A stretch of DNA of 64,000 nucleotides from the NCBI GenBank assembly GCA_965220195.1, contig CBDCPK010000005.1, positions 1,347,704 through 1,411,703 on the forward strand, read 5' to 3'. Below, piece after piece: positions 46,260 through 55,714 of this stretch; within the stretch, counting starts at the first letter, position 1; the number at the start of each line of letters is the position of its first letter. A model generated the notes under the pieces. The model worked only from the letters and a program-made list of their open reading frames with translations, had not been told where the DNA came from and ran no database searches. A program made the translations under genes and the position numbers. The DNA is from an uncultured Candidatus Binatia bacterium. Lineage in GTDB: Bacteria; Desulfobacterota; Binatia; Bin18.

Positions 46260-46493
46260 ATGACACGAACAATATCTCTTCGTATAGATGCCTCGCTTCT
46301 AAAGGAAATTGACCTCGCCGGCCGGGCAGATAAACGGGGCCGGTCCGAAGTGGTTCGCGAGGCCCTGGAACTCTGGCTTCAACGGCGCTCTCTGGCCGAG
46401 AAGGTCCGGATCCACAGAGAAGGATATGAGCGGCATCCTGTAAGCCAAGACGAATTTACGCCCGTGCTGGGAGCTCAGACATGGCCGAAGTAA
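46260..46493 (+). CDS. Ribbon-helix-helix antitoxin (MazE/PemI-like)
   Basis: MTRTISLRIDASLLKEIDLAGRADKRGRSEVVREALELWL is an RHH fold. It overlaps the downstream toxin by 13 nt. Confidence 0.6.
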   Translation: MTRTISLRIDASLLKEIDLAGRADKRGRSEVVREALELWLQRRSLAEKVRIHREGYERHPVSQDEFTPVLGAQTWPK

Positions 46494-46819
46494 ATCGCGG
46501 AGAGATATGGCAGTTTAGTTTTCCCAGTCCAAACAAGCGACGCCCCGTACTCATTTTGACAAGACAAGAAATCATTAGCCATCTGCACAGCGTAATCGTT
46601 GCCCCGATCACAACCACAATTCGCGGTATCCCTTCCGAGGTCGTTATTGGTCCGGAGTGTGGCTTGAAGACGGCCTCCGCCATTAACCTGGATAATCTTG
46701 TGACCGTCCCAAAAGTTGGGCTGCGCTCCTTTGTGGGGACCGTCCCTTCAACGGTCTTAACCGAACTGCGTGGAGCCTTACTCTTTACCCTTGGCTTTGA
46801 CGATCTTACTCAAGATTAG
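46481..46819 (+). CDS. MazF/PemK-family endoribonuclease toxin
   Basis: MAEVNRGEIWQFSFPSPNKRRPVLILTRQEI...SVIVAPITTT is the canonical PemK/MazF pattern. Confidence 0.75.
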   Translation: MAEVNRGEIWQFSFPSPNKRRPVLILTRQEIISHLHSVIVAPITTTIRGIPSEVVIGPECGLKTASAINLDNLVTVPKVGLRSFVGTVPSTVLTELRGALLFTLGFDDLTQD

Positions 46820-46950
46820 CCGCCTCTCCCAGCTTCGGTGACGGCACCCTCTTGACGAGCATCCCACCAGGCATGCCAGTGAGCATACGCGTTGCTGATG
46901 TCTACGAGTCTCGGCTAAGATAGCCCGGCTTTTCAGCGGAGGAGGAATGC

Positions 46951-47712
46951 ATGCGTATTAAAGACAAGGTCGCGCTGGTGACTGGCGGCAGTCGAGGCAT
47001 AGGCCGGGCGATTTGTTTGCGTCTGGCCGAGGAGGGTGCCAGAGTCGCCATTGCCGATATTCTGGAAGACGAAGCCCGGAAAACAGCCGACGATATCCTG
47101 GCCGCAGGCGGGCAGGCGCAGGTAACCAAGACCGATGTGACTCAGCTTGAGCAGGTCCAGGCCTGCGTAGGCCAGGTGACGGATAGCTGGGGACCGATTG
47201 ACGTGCTGGTGAATAATGCCGGTTGGGACAAGATCGAGCCTTTTCTCCACAGCGCGCCCGAGACCTGGGATAAGGTGATCGCGATCAATCTGCGTGGTCC
47301 GATTAATTTTTGCCATACGGTGGCGGCACAGATGGCCGAGCGCGGCCAGGGCAAGATCATTTCGATCAGCTCGGACGCCGGCCGGGTCGGCTCGACCGGA
47401 GAGGCGGTCTATTCCGCCTGCAAGGCCGGGATTATCGGCTTTTCCAAAACGCTGGCGCGTGAACTGGCTCGGGCGAAGATCACTGTCAACGTGGTCTGTC
47501 CCGGTCCCACGGATACGGCGCTACTCCAGCAGGTTTCGTCCGGGGAAAAGGGGGCCAAGATTATCAGCGCCATGACCCGTGCGGTTCCGTTTCGACGGTT
47601 GGGGCAGCCCGAAGAAATTGCAAACGCCGTTGCGTTTTTTGCCTCGCCGGATGCGGATTTTGTGACTGGCCAGGTCCTGTCTGTCAGTGGTGGGCTGACT
47701 ATGGCAGGCTAG
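46951..47712 (+). CDS. SDR-family oxidoreductase (FabG-like)
   Basis: It has TGGSRGIG, NNAG and YSACK motifs. Confidence 0.85.
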   Translation: MRIKDKVALVTGGSRGIGRAICLRLAEEGARVAIADILEDEARKTADDILAAGGQAQVTKTDVTQLEQVQACVGQVTDSWGPIDVLVNNAGWDKIEPFLHSAPETWDKVIAINLRGPINFCHTVAAQMAERGQGKIISISSDAGRVGSTGEAVYSACKAGIIGFSKTLARELARAKITVNVVCPGPTDTALLQQVSSGEKGAKIISAMTRAVPFRRLGQPEEIANAVAFFASPDADFVTGQVLSVSGGLTMAG

Positions 47713-47731
47713 AGTCAAAAGGAATACGCGC

Positions 47732-48520
47732 GTGCGTTTCGCAGACAAAGTGGCCCTTATCACCGGCTCTTCGCGGGGCATCGGCCGGGCGATTGCCCTG
47801 CGGCTGGCGTCCGAAGGAGCAAGGATCGGCGTGAATTACCGCCGTAATACGGCCGAAGCGGAAGCGGTTGCCGCCGAGGTCGCACAACGGGGCTCCGAGG
47901 CGCTGTTGCTCCAGGCCGACCTGAGTGACGCCGAGGCGGTCCGGGCGATGTTTCGGCGGGTGAAAGAGACGTTCGGCTGTCTGGATATTTTGGTCGCCAA
48001 TGCCGCGGCCACCGCCTTTCGACCGCTGTTGCGCCAGGGCGAACACAATGTGACCCGGACCTTTGATTTGACCATCACCGGCACCCTGATTGCCGTGCAG
48101 GAAGCGGTACCCTTGATGGCCGGCCGCCAGGGAAAAATCGTCACCATATCCGGCATTGATTCCTTACGCATGCTGGCCGGCCACGGCTTGCTGGGTGCGG
48201 CCAAGGCTGCCCTGGAAAACATGACGATGTATCTGGCGCACGAACTCGGCCCGCGTGGGATTGCCGTCAACGGCATTAACCCCGGCCTGATTCAAACCGA
48301 CTCGGCCCAAATGTACGCGGGCGGGGAGGCTGCCTATGCGCAGTACGAGCGCGATGTTATTCCCCAGACCCCGGCCGGTCGGACAGGCCGGCCGGAAGAT
48401 ATTGCTGCGGTGGCCGCCTTTCTCTGCTCCGGGGATGCCGATTTTATTCGCGGTCAGACCCTGCTCGTGGATGGTGGGCTGCTGTCATCGTCTATTGCGA
48501 GCCGGGAGCGTGAAGGCTGA
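47732..48520 (+). CDS. SDR-family oxidoreductase
   Basis: It has TGSSRGIG and the Rossmann fold. It is likely a GTG start. Confidence 0.8.
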   Translation: MRFADKVALITGSSRGIGRAIALRLASEGARIGVNYRRNTAEAEAVAAEVAQRGSEALLLQADLSDAEAVRAMFRRVKETFGCLDILVANAAATAFRPLLRQGEHNVTRTFDLTITGTLIAVQEAVPLMAGRQGKIVTISGIDSLRMLAGHGLLGAAKAALENMTMYLAHELGPRGIAVNGINPGLIQTDSAQMYAGGEAAYAQYERDVIPQTPAGRTGRPEDIAAVAAFLCSGDADFIRGQTLLVDGGLLSSSIASREREG

Positions 48521-48559
48521 GTGGGAGGGTAAAACGAGAAGCATCAAACACGGTGGGGC

Positions 48560-48880
48560 TTATTCACTGTCAGATGAATCCGAGCTGTCCGCGCTAATCA
48601 AGATCAGCTTGCCGGTTTCCGGGTCCCGGTAGACTTGTCCTACCGGCTTCAGTCCACTACCACCCTCACGTATGCCTTCCGGAACATTGGGGAGTTCCCG
48701 GCCTTCTTCAATGATTTTGTCTCTGGAAAGTTCTTTGACAAGCTCAGGGCTTAAAGCAAAGAGGGCGGCAATGAGCCCGCAAGTAAAAACGAGCATGATA
48801 TCTATGAGGTTCGCAAGCGGTCCAAGCGGTTCATCAGCTTGCACGATAAAACGACTGGGCCGCCAGTTCCGCTGACTCAT
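48560..48880 (-). CDS. DUF2149-like small membrane protein
   Basis: It has a single TM segment (LIDIMLVFTCGLIAALFAL) and an acidic tail. It has an ATGA overlap with the exbB-like gene. The start is assigned to MSQRNW. Confidence 0.5.
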   Translation of the reverse strand: MSQRNWRPSRFIVQADEPLGPLANLIDIMLVFTCGLIAALFALSPELVKELSRDKIIEEGRELPNVPEGIREGGSGLKPVGQVYRDPETGKLILISADSSDSSDSE

Positions 48881-49341
48881 CTGCTGTTCCCTTCCAGGCC
48901 CATTGCTTCCAAGGCTTCCAGCTTGTCCATCGTTGTATCGTACCAACGACGGCGGAAACGCCCGAGTACAAAGCCAATTGCCCCGGCGAGCAGGCCAAGG
49001 ACAGTCGTGTCAAAGGCAATGGTTATCGCCTCGGTCAGAATAGTGAGATTGCCTTGTCCTAACGCGGCTAATCCCGGCCCCAGTGGAATAAGTGTTCCCA
49101 TCAGGCCGAACATGGGAGCAATGCGTGCAATCATATCAGCCCGTTCAATACGTTTGCGCCCCTGTGCCTCAACTTGGCTTTTTTCAAGCAGAGTCACATG
49201 TTTGAGCGCTCCGTACCGTTCGCCAAGAGCCGTGCCGATTTCAAAGACTGCCATCGCCACCAGCAAGATTAACACGGTCGCCACCGGATAGAGTAACAGC
49301 GCGACAAGATCATGCATCAGGGGCAGAATGATATTTCCCAC
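48877..49341 (-). CDS. MotA/TolQ/ExbB-family proton-channel protein
   Basis: It has 3 TM segments and the conserved ...MFGLMGTLIPLGPGLAALG... segment. Confidence 0.75.
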   Translation of the reverse strand: MGNIILPLMHDLVALLLYPVATVLILLVAMAVFEIGTALGERYGALKHVTLLEKSQVEAQGRKRIERADMIARIAPMFGLMGTLIPLGPGLAALGQGNLTILTEAITIAFDTTVLGLLAGAIGFVLGRFRRRWYDTTMDKLEALEAMGLEGNSR

Positions 49342-49344
49342 GGT

Positions 49345-52300
49345 TTACGCTTCTTTCCTCACTCGACGGCCCCTCCATATCCCTGTCACTATCAATAAGA
49401 GGATAAGCAGGATAAGCCAATAATACTGAGAGGCCGTCTGTGAATGGACTTCTTGAGCAGCAGGCTGCGCCTTGTCCTCTTCCAGACTATCGATTTGCCC
49501 GCTGTCCTCAAGGTTTATTTCTGTAATGCGGGTTGGCGCTCGTTCCGTGTTCGCGTCATCCTCTGCAATGCGGGTGTCATCAAGCAGTTGTTGCAAGGCT
49601 TCTGCCATATCGGCCGCCAGTTTTGGCATGACCCAGGGAAAAACGGGATGATCCGGTGTCGTATGGCCGCTGCCCGGTAGTCCATGCGTCAATATTTTAT
49701 TCACAAAGGCTCTGGCCAAGTCTTCAAGCCGTTCGTCGCTCGCCTGCCAAAAACCTTTTTGCGCAGCGACCAGCATAATGGCCTCGATGTTGATTTTTAC
49801 ATGGATGTTTTCATGCTCCTCAAGAAAACGGTCAAGATCGATACCATAGCGATCCTGCAAATACACTGCGTCCACCTCATCCCACACACGGCTGGTGATA
49901 ATATCCGGGTTTGTGACCTGCCATCCCCATAGATACTCAATAAATTCGGACCCCATCGTCCGCGCTCCCGCATAGCCGTGCTCCATCAGCGGTTTCAACC
50001 ACTCGGGGTTCAAAAACCGGCCACGCAGTTCACCCAGAAGCGCGCTGGTGAGCGGTTGCAGGCTCGCATTTTCAGGGTCCGCATGATGAATGACCTTATT
50101 CTCAGGCGTTTTGCCGGTCAGCGTTTCAACCGCCAGGCTGAGACCACCCAGATAATCAAACGCGTCGTTATTATCCAGCAAGCCGTACAGATTGCTGGCC
50201 CGACCCAGATAGGTATTCTTGACGGAAGAGAGATGGCGCTTGAACACGGTATGCGCCGGCATCCCGTGTTGGGTGACGCCATAAGCGTGTCCCATACGAG
50301 CAATATAGACCGCACCAAGCTCCTCGCGTTCTTCCCACGCCCCGGAGCGTTCTGCCAGCCGGTTCACCCCCGCGCCGTATGTCCCGGGTGCGGCCCCAAA
50401 CAGGCGGAGCGCTGCCCTTTTCTCCGCCCGTTCGAGCGCTGTCCCAGAGTCTATTTCTTTTTGGGTATCCGCAATCCAGTGCGCGGCAACATCATTGACC
50501 TCAATCGGTTCCGCGCCACCTGTTGCCAGTGCTCCGAGCGGCGCCAGCGCCTGATCCAGCGCGGGAATCAGATCAGGATGGAGAGAGCGAATATGGTGAC
50601 TCGAACCATCCAGGACAAGCAACACCGCCTTATCAAGCAAGACCAGTTGTTGGCCGTATAAATCGCGGAACAGGCCTGAGGAGATGAAAACGGTGTCCAG
50701 GCGACGGCGCCTCTTGTGTGTCAGAGGCAGGCGTTCAATTCCGGTAACAATACCCCGGGTATTCCACACCGGCTTGATACCCAGTAAGTCCAGCCCGAAG
50801 GCAATCATGGCCCCTTCGTCCCGTACAGTATCAGAAGCCCATAAGATCACCGCTTCTCGCCCATCTTCTGTGGTGTCGTTATCCTCGACGGCCTTGACAG
50901 CCAATTCTTGTCCCATGGCATAGCCCAGCTGTGTCGGCAAAACGGAGCTATCGAGCGCATAAAAATTCCGTCCAGTCGGCAGGGCCTCAGGCGTGCGGAT
51001 CGGGTCGTTGCCTTTGCCTGGCTCCACAAACGCCCCATTCAGGGCATTGAGAAAGGCAGTGCGCTCCGCTTTCGGGGAGTTTTGCAGCGGAAGACGAAAG
51101 GCATTACTCTTGGCCTCATCACCGTCACTAATGGAAGCCAGCATGAGCTGAACCGCCTCAGCATCCCATTCCCTGCCGAAAATATGTAAGCCGCGCGGCA
51201 TGAAATCTTCCTGCAACTGAGTCAGGTAATGCCCCACCTCATGGACAAGAAACTCACCGTCAGCTTCCTCAAAGCTGATACCCCGTGCTTGTAATTCTTC
51301 ATCCATCGAAGCGCTCAGTTCCTTCTTCAGGTTCAGCGTAGCGATTAAGTCTCGTATGGCGGTTAAGGCACGGGCTTTTGCCGGGGCAGCACTATCTGGC
51401 CCGGAGGCTTCATAGGATTCAACGAGTTGCCTGAGACGCAAAAGGTCGTCATAGAGGGGAGTGACCCCGAGGGGCGGGGTGAGATGGTCCACCATGACTG
51501 CAAGGCCGCGACGTTTGGCCTGTATGCCTTCGCCGACGCCATCAACAATATACGGATAGATTCCGGGGATCGTCGAAGCAATTTGCAGTGGGTAATCGCT
51601 GGCACTGACCCCAACACCGTGCCGCGGTAAGAACTCATAGGTTGAATGGCGTCCGACATGCACGAGGGCATCGGCTTGAAACTCTTTCTGGAGCCACAGA
51701 TACAATGCCAGATACTGGTGGGGTGGCGGAAAGCTCATATTCGCGTGGAGCAATTCCTCGTTGAGCTCCCAACCGCGCGGGGGTTGCGGGCCGATGAAAA
51801 TATTTCCGAACTGAAGACCTGGAAGCAGGATATTCCCGGCGTGCACCATAATCTTGCCGGGTGCCGGGCCCCAGCCGCGCAAGCCTTCTATCCCCGTTTT
51901 TATCAAGGCATGTGTCAGAGCGTCTATTTCCGGAAAATCAGGATCACCCCCTATAGCCCGTTCATATTCTGCCTGTAATTGATGCAGAAGCTTCAGTGCG
52001 CGATCTTTTGCCGGGTGCCGGACTCCTTCAAGAACATGCTCAATATCGCCGATCACACGCTTCGCCAGCCTTTTCGCAGTGACGACTTCCCCTTCAGCCA
52101 ACATGCGTTTCAACTGGGCATTCAGATAGCCCAGCGGACCTTCAACCATTTCAGATTGCAGACTGGTGGGCAGAGCGCCTAGCCAATTCTCATATTTCGC
52201 TTTGGATATATTTGTGACCTTCGCAGCCATAGCGGCAATAGCTTGGCGGTCTTCCGGCAGGTTCGTAGCCTTTTCCTGGATAAGCCTGAGCAACGCTTCC

Positions 52301-53682
52301 GGGCTTTCGGGCAACTCACCAGTGCGATAGCCTGCACCTTTCAGCCAGGTGAGCATCTCATGCAGTGAGGCTGGGACATCCAGATTATCCGCCCCGATAT
52401 TATGTCGTCCCGGCGGATGGTTGTAATAGATAATGGCGACCTTCTTTTCGGCATTCTGTTTTTGCCGAAGCTGACGCCAAGCAGCTATCCGACCGATCGT
52501 CAGACTGATCTGATCGTCAATAGGCAGTGTTTGCGTAAGCCGGACTCCGGTCACAGGGTCCGTATCTTCAGGAGAGGCTGCGGCGACTACAAGGGGCTGT
52601 CCAATACCTTGCAACTCAGGCATGGCAATACGATAATGCACCGAATCCCAGGGCAGGCCGTCGTCCGAGTAGCGCCATTCCGCTTCCGTACGGTCAGTGA
52701 CACGAATGGCTTTCAGAACGGGTACCCCGATTTCTCCGATATGTCTGAGCGATGCCAGGCGGCCTTCACCGCCGCCAACGACGAAATCTTGCAAGGAGAT
52801 GATTCCCGCGACAGGAAGCTGCCGGTTCAAATCTGCTATTTTCTCGAGTGCGGCCGTGCTCGCTTCTCCCCAACGGGCAAAAAACGCGAGGCATTGCATA
52901 CCTTTTGTTTCGGCTTCGGTACACAGGCGGTTGACGGTATCAATGTCACCCGCCCGGTCACCAGTGTCATGATCGATGATAGCGATCCAGCCGTTGTCTG
53001 ATTGCGCTAAAACAGGGGCTTCGTCTGTAATAAATCTGCCACCCGAATAGACTCGAAGGCTGGGCCGCTCTACAAGAGCGACCGGCGTAATGGTCGCGTC
53101 TATTTCAGCCGCTAAATGTTCGAGAAAACCCAACATGTTCTCTCGTCCCCGGCCCTGCCAGTAGGCTTTGAGGGCTAACCATTTTTGTTGACCGGGATGC
53201 TGCTTTTGCGTGCGTTCAAGCCAGGCTTGTAAAGTTTCATTCTTGGCGAGGTTTTTGGTCAAAGCCAAGATTTGCTGGCCACTCATGCCTGCAAAAACTG
53301 GTGTCTTCTGGTTGCGGGAAAGTTCCACAAGCCGTTGAACCGAGCTGACGGCATAAAAGATCTTTGACGAGGCATGCGCCTCCACAAGCTTCGTAAAACG
53401 GGTGGCCTGGTCACCAAAAAACGCCGACGCTGAAATGACACTTGCCTTTTCAAGCTCATGCACAATCGCCCGATCACTCATCTGGCGAAGCTGTGACGGT
53501 GTCCTGAGAACAATTCTGTAGCCCGGATGCTTGTCAAGAAATGCGGCGGCACCGGATGCCAGAGCAGAGGCTGAGCGATCAGAGACAATACCAAAGATAC
53601 GTTTATCTGGGGTAAGAGCTGAAGTCGCAGCACCCTCAAATAATAGCGCCGCTATAAAAAGGCATCTTAGGAAACAGCTCAC
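49345..53682 (-). CDS. CobN-like chelatase with an N-terminal signal peptide (1445 aa)
   Basis: It shows CobN/Mg-chelatase-family similarity over more than 1200 aa. The N-terminal MSCFLRCLFIAALLFEGAATSA signal and a C-terminal TM anchor (YYWLILLILLLIVTGIW) are present. It uses a GTG start. Confidence 0.75.
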   Translation of the reverse strand: MSCFLRCLFIAALLFEGAATSALTPDKRIFGIVSDRSASALASGAAAFLDKHPGYRIVLRTPSQLRQMSDRAIVHELEKASVISASAFFGDQATRFTKLVEAHASSKIFYAVSSVQRLVELSRNQKTPVFAGMSGQQILALTKNLAKNETLQAWLERTQKQHPGQQKWLALKAYWQGRGRENMLGFLEHLAAEIDATITPVALVERPSLRVYSGGRFITDEAPVLAQSDNGWIAIIDHDTGDRAGDIDTVNRLCTEAETKGMQCLAFFARWGEASTAALEKIADLNRQLPVAGIISLQDFVVGGGEGRLASLRHIGEIGVPVLKAIRVTDRTEAEWRYSDDGLPWDSVHYRIAMPELQGIGQPLVVAAASPEDTDPVTGVRLTQTLPIDDQISLTIGRIAAWRQLRQKQNAEKKVAIIYYNHPPGRHNIGADNLDVPASLHEMLTWLKGAGYRTGELPESPEALLRLIQEKATNLPEDRQAIAAMAAKVTNISKAKYENWLGALPTSLQSEMVEGPLGYLNAQLKRMLAEGEVVTAKRLAKRVIGDIEHVLEGVRHPAKDRALKLLHQLQAEYERAIGGDPDFPEIDALTHALIKTGIEGLRGWGPAPGKIMVHAGNILLPGLQFGNIFIGPQPPRGWELNEELLHANMSFPPPHQYLALYLWLQKEFQADALVHVGRHSTYEFLPRHGVGVSASDYPLQIASTIPGIYPYIVDGVGEGIQAKRRGLAVMVDHLTPPLGVTPLYDDLLRLRQLVESYEASGPDSAAPAKARALTAIRDLIATLNLKKELSASMDEELQARGISFEEADGEFLVHEVGHYLTQLQEDFMPRGLHIFGREWDAEAVQLMLASISDGDEAKSNAFRLPLQNSPKAERTAFLNALNGAFVEPGKGNDPIRTPEALPTGRNFYALDSSVLPTQLGYAMGQELAVKAVEDNDTTEDGREAVILWASDTVRDEGAMIAFGLDLLGIKPVWNTRGIVTGIERLPLTHKRRRRLDTVFISSGLFRDLYGQQLVLLDKAVLLVLDGSSHHIRSLHPDLIPALDQALAPLGALATGGAEPIEVNDVAAHWIADTQKEIDSGTALERAEKRAALRLFGAAPGTYGAGVNRLAERSGAWEEREELGAVYIARMGHAYGVTQHGMPAHTVFKRHLSSVKNTYLGRASNLYGLLDNNDAFDYLGGLSLAVETLTGKTPENKVIHHADPENASLQPLTSALLGELRGRFLNPEWLKPLMEHGYAGARTMGSEFIEYLWGWQVTNPDIITSRVWDEVDAVYLQDRYGIDLDRFLEEHENIHVKINIEAIMLVAAQKGFWQASDERLEDLARAFVNKILTHGLPGSGHTTPDHPVFPWVMPKLAADMAEALQQLLDDTRIAEDDANTERAPTRITEINLEDSGQIDSLEEDKAQPAAQEVHSQTASQYYWLILLILLLIVTGIWRGRRVRKEA

Positions 53683-54042
53683 CGGGTCGACCTTAACACT
53701 CGAACGGGAGATTTTGTGTAGAGCGGTACGAATGCATGATAGCGCCAGGTGTTCTCTGTTCCGCTAATCCGATAAACATCCTCACAGCGTCTATTATCAC
53801 GCTTGGATAAACGGAGAGCCGGCTGGTCCAGACTAGAATGCCGGTGCCGTACCTACCATTGTTGCGAGGGCCGCACAAGACAGGAACCTGTTTCCCAACT
53901 CGAACTTCTCCATTCGTTTCATGCTACTCGGGAATGAATCCAGATAACCCGCAGGGGCGAACCTCTATGACTGAGCCTGCGGCTTTGGTACGCTACGAGT
54001 CACCCACACGTGCCAGACGTGTCACATGAGGAGGGATGTCCT

Positions 54043-54582
54043 ATGGCTGAACACATCAAGGTCAAAATCAAACCGCTTACCGCCGAAGCCTTTGCGCCCT
54101 ACGGGAAAGTCCTGGAACAGAAAAAGCTGATCTATCCCGAGGTCGAAGAGGGCAGAGTGGCCATGGAAATGCTGTCGTTTCAGTATAGACCCAACGCTAG
54201 AATCATGGACCAGATGGCTATCCATTTTTCCTACAACCAGACCTTTATCCCTGTGCAGGGCTCTTTGATTCTGGTTGTTGCCCCGCCCCCCGACAGCCGT
54301 GAGGGAGGGCCTGAGGAATATGCGTTTGATTATGACAACGTGGCCGCTTTTAATGTCGATCCAGGTCAGGCGGCCTTCATCTATAAGGGCACCTGGCATA
54401 ACGCGCTGACCCTGGGCCAGGAGTGCTCGTTTATCAACGTGACCCGCAAGAACGCGGGTGAAGGCATCAGCCCTGCCGGCGAGATGGAGGGTAAGATCGA
54501 GCAGGCCCACGCCGTACGCTCGTATGTCGAATTCGTAGACATGAAGAAGCGGGATGGGCGGGTGATTGAACTCGAAGTCTGA
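54043..54582 (+). CDS. Cupin-fold protein (ureidoglycolate lyase AllA-like)
   Basis: ...LTAEAFAPYGKVLE... resembles the AllA N-terminus. An RBS (gaggaggg) lies upstream. Confidence 0.5.
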   Translation: MAEHIKVKIKPLTAEAFAPYGKVLEQKKLIYPEVEEGRVAMEMLSFQYRPNARIMDQMAIHFSYNQTFIPVQGSLILVVAPPPDSREGGPEEYAFDYDNVAAFNVDPGQAAFIYKGTWHNALTLGQECSFINVTRKNAGEGISPAGEMEGKIEQAHAVRSYVEFVDMKKRDGRVIELEV

Positions 54583-54593
54583 GGAGGAGGCCC

Positions 54594-55709
54594 GTGACGT
54601 ATAAGATCATCTCTGCTGACTCCCATATGTGCGAGCCGCCGACGCTATGGGTGGACCGCATAGAGAAACGGTTTCGTGACCAGGCTCCCAGGGTGATCAA
54701 AAATCCTGGGGATAAAAAAGGCCACTTTTTTATGTGTGAAGACCTGCCGCCGCTCCGCCTCTCCGGGGCGTTTGCTGCGGGTCAGACGTTTAATAAAGAC
54801 TTCATGGAAGCCGGGCCCGAGGACGCCCTGCCCGGTGGCTGGGACCCTGCGGCCCGGCTGAAAGACATGGAGTTGGACGGCATTCAGGCCGAAGTCCTGT
54901 ATACTACCTGTGCCTTTGTCCTGTTCTGGCTGGAAGACGCCGCGCTGCAACACGCCTGCTTCCGGGTCTATAACGACTGGCTGGCCGAGTTTTGCAGTTA
55001 TGACTCTAAGAAGTTCGCCGGCCTGGGTCTGATCTCTCTGTTTGATATCGAGCAGGGCTGTGCCGAGCTTGAGCGCTGTAAAAAAATGGGTCTCAAGGGG
55101 GCCATGATCTGGGCCTCGCCGCCCGATGACCAGCCCTACGGCTCGGCGGCCTATGAGCGCTTTTGGGCGACGGCCCAAGAGCTTGAGATGCCCCTGTCGC
55201 TGCATCTGGCGACCGGACGCAGTAAGGACAGCCAACAGGACGAGTCGGACATTGCCGAGCTGTATGTGCGCATGATTATTCGCCCCAGTGAGATGCAGCA
55301 TTCCTTTTTACGGCTGGTCTTCAGCGGGGTGTTGGAACGCTTCCCGCAGCTCAAGTTTGTCTCCGCCGAAGGCGATATCGCCTGGGTGCCGCATTTATTG
55401 GAGCGCGCGGATAAATACTATCGGCGGTTTAAGCAAGGCTATGGGGTGAAGCTGTCGCTCAAACCGAGCGAGTACTTCCAGCGCCAGATGTATGCCACTT
55501 TTATCGATGATCCCATGGGGCTCAAGACCTACACCCTGGCCGGTGGGGCGGAGAACTTCATGTGGTCCACCGATTATCCGCACCAGGCCTCCACCTTTCC
55601 GCACACCCAGGAAACGCTGGAGAGAGCCTTTCAGGATGTGCCGGAAGCAGATAAACAAAAGATGACACGCGATAATGCGTCGAGGTTATACGGATTGCCA
55701 GTGGAGTAA
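54594..55709 (+). CDS. Amidohydrolase-2 family metal-dependent hydrolase/decarboxylase (ACMSD/LigI-like)
   Basis: The N-terminal IISADSHMCEP carries the metal-binding His pair. It has the TIM-barrel amidohydrolase-2 pattern. Confidence 0.7.
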   Translation: MTYKIISADSHMCEPPTLWVDRIEKRFRDQAPRVIKNPGDKKGHFFMCEDLPPLRLSGAFAAGQTFNKDFMEAGPEDALPGGWDPAARLKDMELDGIQAEVLYTTCAFVLFWLEDAALQHACFRVYNDWLAEFCSYDSKKFAGLGLISLFDIEQGCAELERCKKMGLKGAMIWASPPDDQPYGSAAYERFWATAQELEMPLSLHLATGRSKDSQQDESDIAELYVRMIIRPSEMQHSFLRLVFSGVLERFPQLKFVSAEGDIAWVPHLLERADKYYRRFKQGYGVKLSLKPSEYFQRQMYATFIDDPMGLKTYTLAGGAENFMWSTDYPHQASTFPHTQETLERAFQDVPEADKQKMTRDNASRLYGLPVE

Positions 55710-55714
55710 GGCAT

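Noticed and set aside
53683-54040. Cobalamin (B12) riboswitch upstream of the cobN-like gene
   Set aside because: I read the reverse complement. GGGAAACAGGTTCCTG partly resembles the AGGGAA…GGTG core, but the GCCACTG B12 box and the CCCGC…ACTGT segment are absent. This cannot be called without a covariance-model scan.
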